From NCBI RefSeq assembly GCF_011386835.1, contig NC_088794.1, positions 34,596,001-34,660,000 of the forward strand: a stretch of DNA of 64,000 nucleotides. The letters run 5' to 3'. The notes beneath the pieces were generated by a model. It was not told the origin of the DNA. It did not search any database and was given only the letters and a program-made list of their open reading frames with translations. Positions 62,881 through 64,000 of this stretch are shown in pieces. Source of the stretch: Chrysemys picta bellii. Its lineage: Eukaryota. Every line of letters starts with the position of its first letter. Position 1 is the stretch's first letter. Position numbers and translations under genes: made by a program.

Positions 62881-64000
62881 TCAGAAAATCCTGTGCACCA
62901 CCTCCGGGTGCAGCGACCATTTGTGCTTAGAGGAGAAGTTCCAGCTCAGCTGATCCGCCAAAGAATTTTGGACGCCCAGTAAGTGGTGGGCTTCCAAGTT
63001 GATATCGTGGGCTATACAGAAGTCCCACAGCTTGAAGGTTTCCAGGCAGAGGAGCGGGCCTCTCCTTGCCTGTTGATGTATAACATCGAGGCTGTGTTGT
63101 TTGTGAGGACCCTGACCACTCTCCCTGCTAGGCACAAGCGAAAGACCATGCAGGCTAGATGGACCACCCTGAGCTCCTTGACATTTATATGCAGGGCTAG
63201 TTCCTGCGTGGACCACAGACCTTGGGTCTGGAAGTTTCCCACATGGGCTCCCCATCTCAAGTCAGACGCATCAGACACCAACTCTACAGTTGGGGGCCAG
63301 CCCCTGAACAGGACCCCTTGTAGCATGTTCCCCCGGGTGGACCACCAGCAGAGCGAGGCTAGCACAGGTTCGGGCACAGTGAGGACTTTGTCCATCCTGT
63401 CTCTGCACTGGGAGAATACCGAGGCCAACCAGAGCTGGAGGGGCCGCATCCTGAGTCTGGCATGACAAACCACATACGTGCACGCCAACATATGACCCAG
63501 GAGTTGGAGGCACACTCTGGCGGCTGACACGGGAAACCTCATGATCACCCTGATGAGCTCCCTCAGGGTTTTGAATCTGTCTGGTGGGAGGGAGGCTCTG
63601 GCCGATGTCGCGTCCAGAATCGCGCCAATGAACTCTATGCATTTTACTGGGACCAATGTGGATTTGGTGCTGTTTACCAGCAGCCCCAGTGTGGTGCACG
63701 TGTACAGGAGGAGTGTTACGAGATCCTGTACCTGTGATCTGGAGCTGCCTTTGACCAGCCAGTCGTCGAGGTAGGGAAAGATCTGGACCCCTCGACACCT
63801 GGGCCGCTACCACAGACGTATACTTTGTAAAGACTCTGGGTGCTGTCGATAGGACAAAATGGAGGACAGTGAACTGGTAGTGTCCCTGCCCTACCATGAA
63901 GCAGAGGAAACGCCTGTGGCCCTCAAATATATGAATGTGGAAGTACGCATCCTGTAGATTGAGGGAGGCGTACCAGTCTTCCAGGGAGGGGACGATGGAG
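62881..64000 (-). pseudogene. DIRS reverse transcriptase / RNase H (frameshifted)
   Basis: ASLNLQDAYFHI, YQFTVLHFVLSTAPRVFTK, IFPYLDDWL (YLDD), then RNase H SDASDLRWGAH, HINVKEL, NTASMLYINRQG, QNSLADQLS. Confidence 0.92.

Larger units (their letters stand above)
61054..64000 (-). mobile_element. DIRS1-type tyrosine-recombinase retrotransposon, 3' half, frameshifted; continues past the window
   Basis: Order on the - strand is RT - RNase H - MTase-like - YR - ICR - right ITR, as established for DIRS1-like elements. Confidence 0.93.

Noticed and set aside
46584-64000. Next upstream CHID1 exon (…WRSKILLGLNFYG…)
   Set aside because: Not found by eye; likely beyond the window in a long intron, though a miss cannot be excluded.

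Overview
Vertebrate nuclear DNA, most likely a turtle; this is inferred from the CR1, Penelope-like, DIRS and hAT/Harbinger repeat repertoire. Two host genes converge tail-to-tail. TSPAN4 (+ strand) contributes its last two coding exons (4708-4791, 7875-7943). CHID1 (- strand) contributes its last three coding exons (46503-46583, 43168-43210, 41059-41157). All five exons have GT/AG sites and consistent phases. The rest is intron, UTR or intergenic sequence packed with transposable elements: at least seven CR1 fragments, a solo LTR with a 5-bp TSD, three fold-back Penelope-like mini-insertions each carrying a minimal hammerhead ribozyme motif, two decayed DIRS retrotransposons, many hAT and PIF/Harbinger MITEs, and CORE/MIR-like SINEs. 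Nearly all ORFs in the supplied track are TE remnants or spurious GC-rich frames. I see no convincing novel protein-coding system. The best leads are structural: the hammerhead hairpin elements, a hAT element built from two 3' ends, a TG..CA mini-element with tRNA-like A/B boxes, hairpin MITEs repeatedly inserted at one position of CORE SINEs, and a three-level hAT nest. No alignments or database searches were run, so family names come from recognition, and boundaries without a TSD are approximate.
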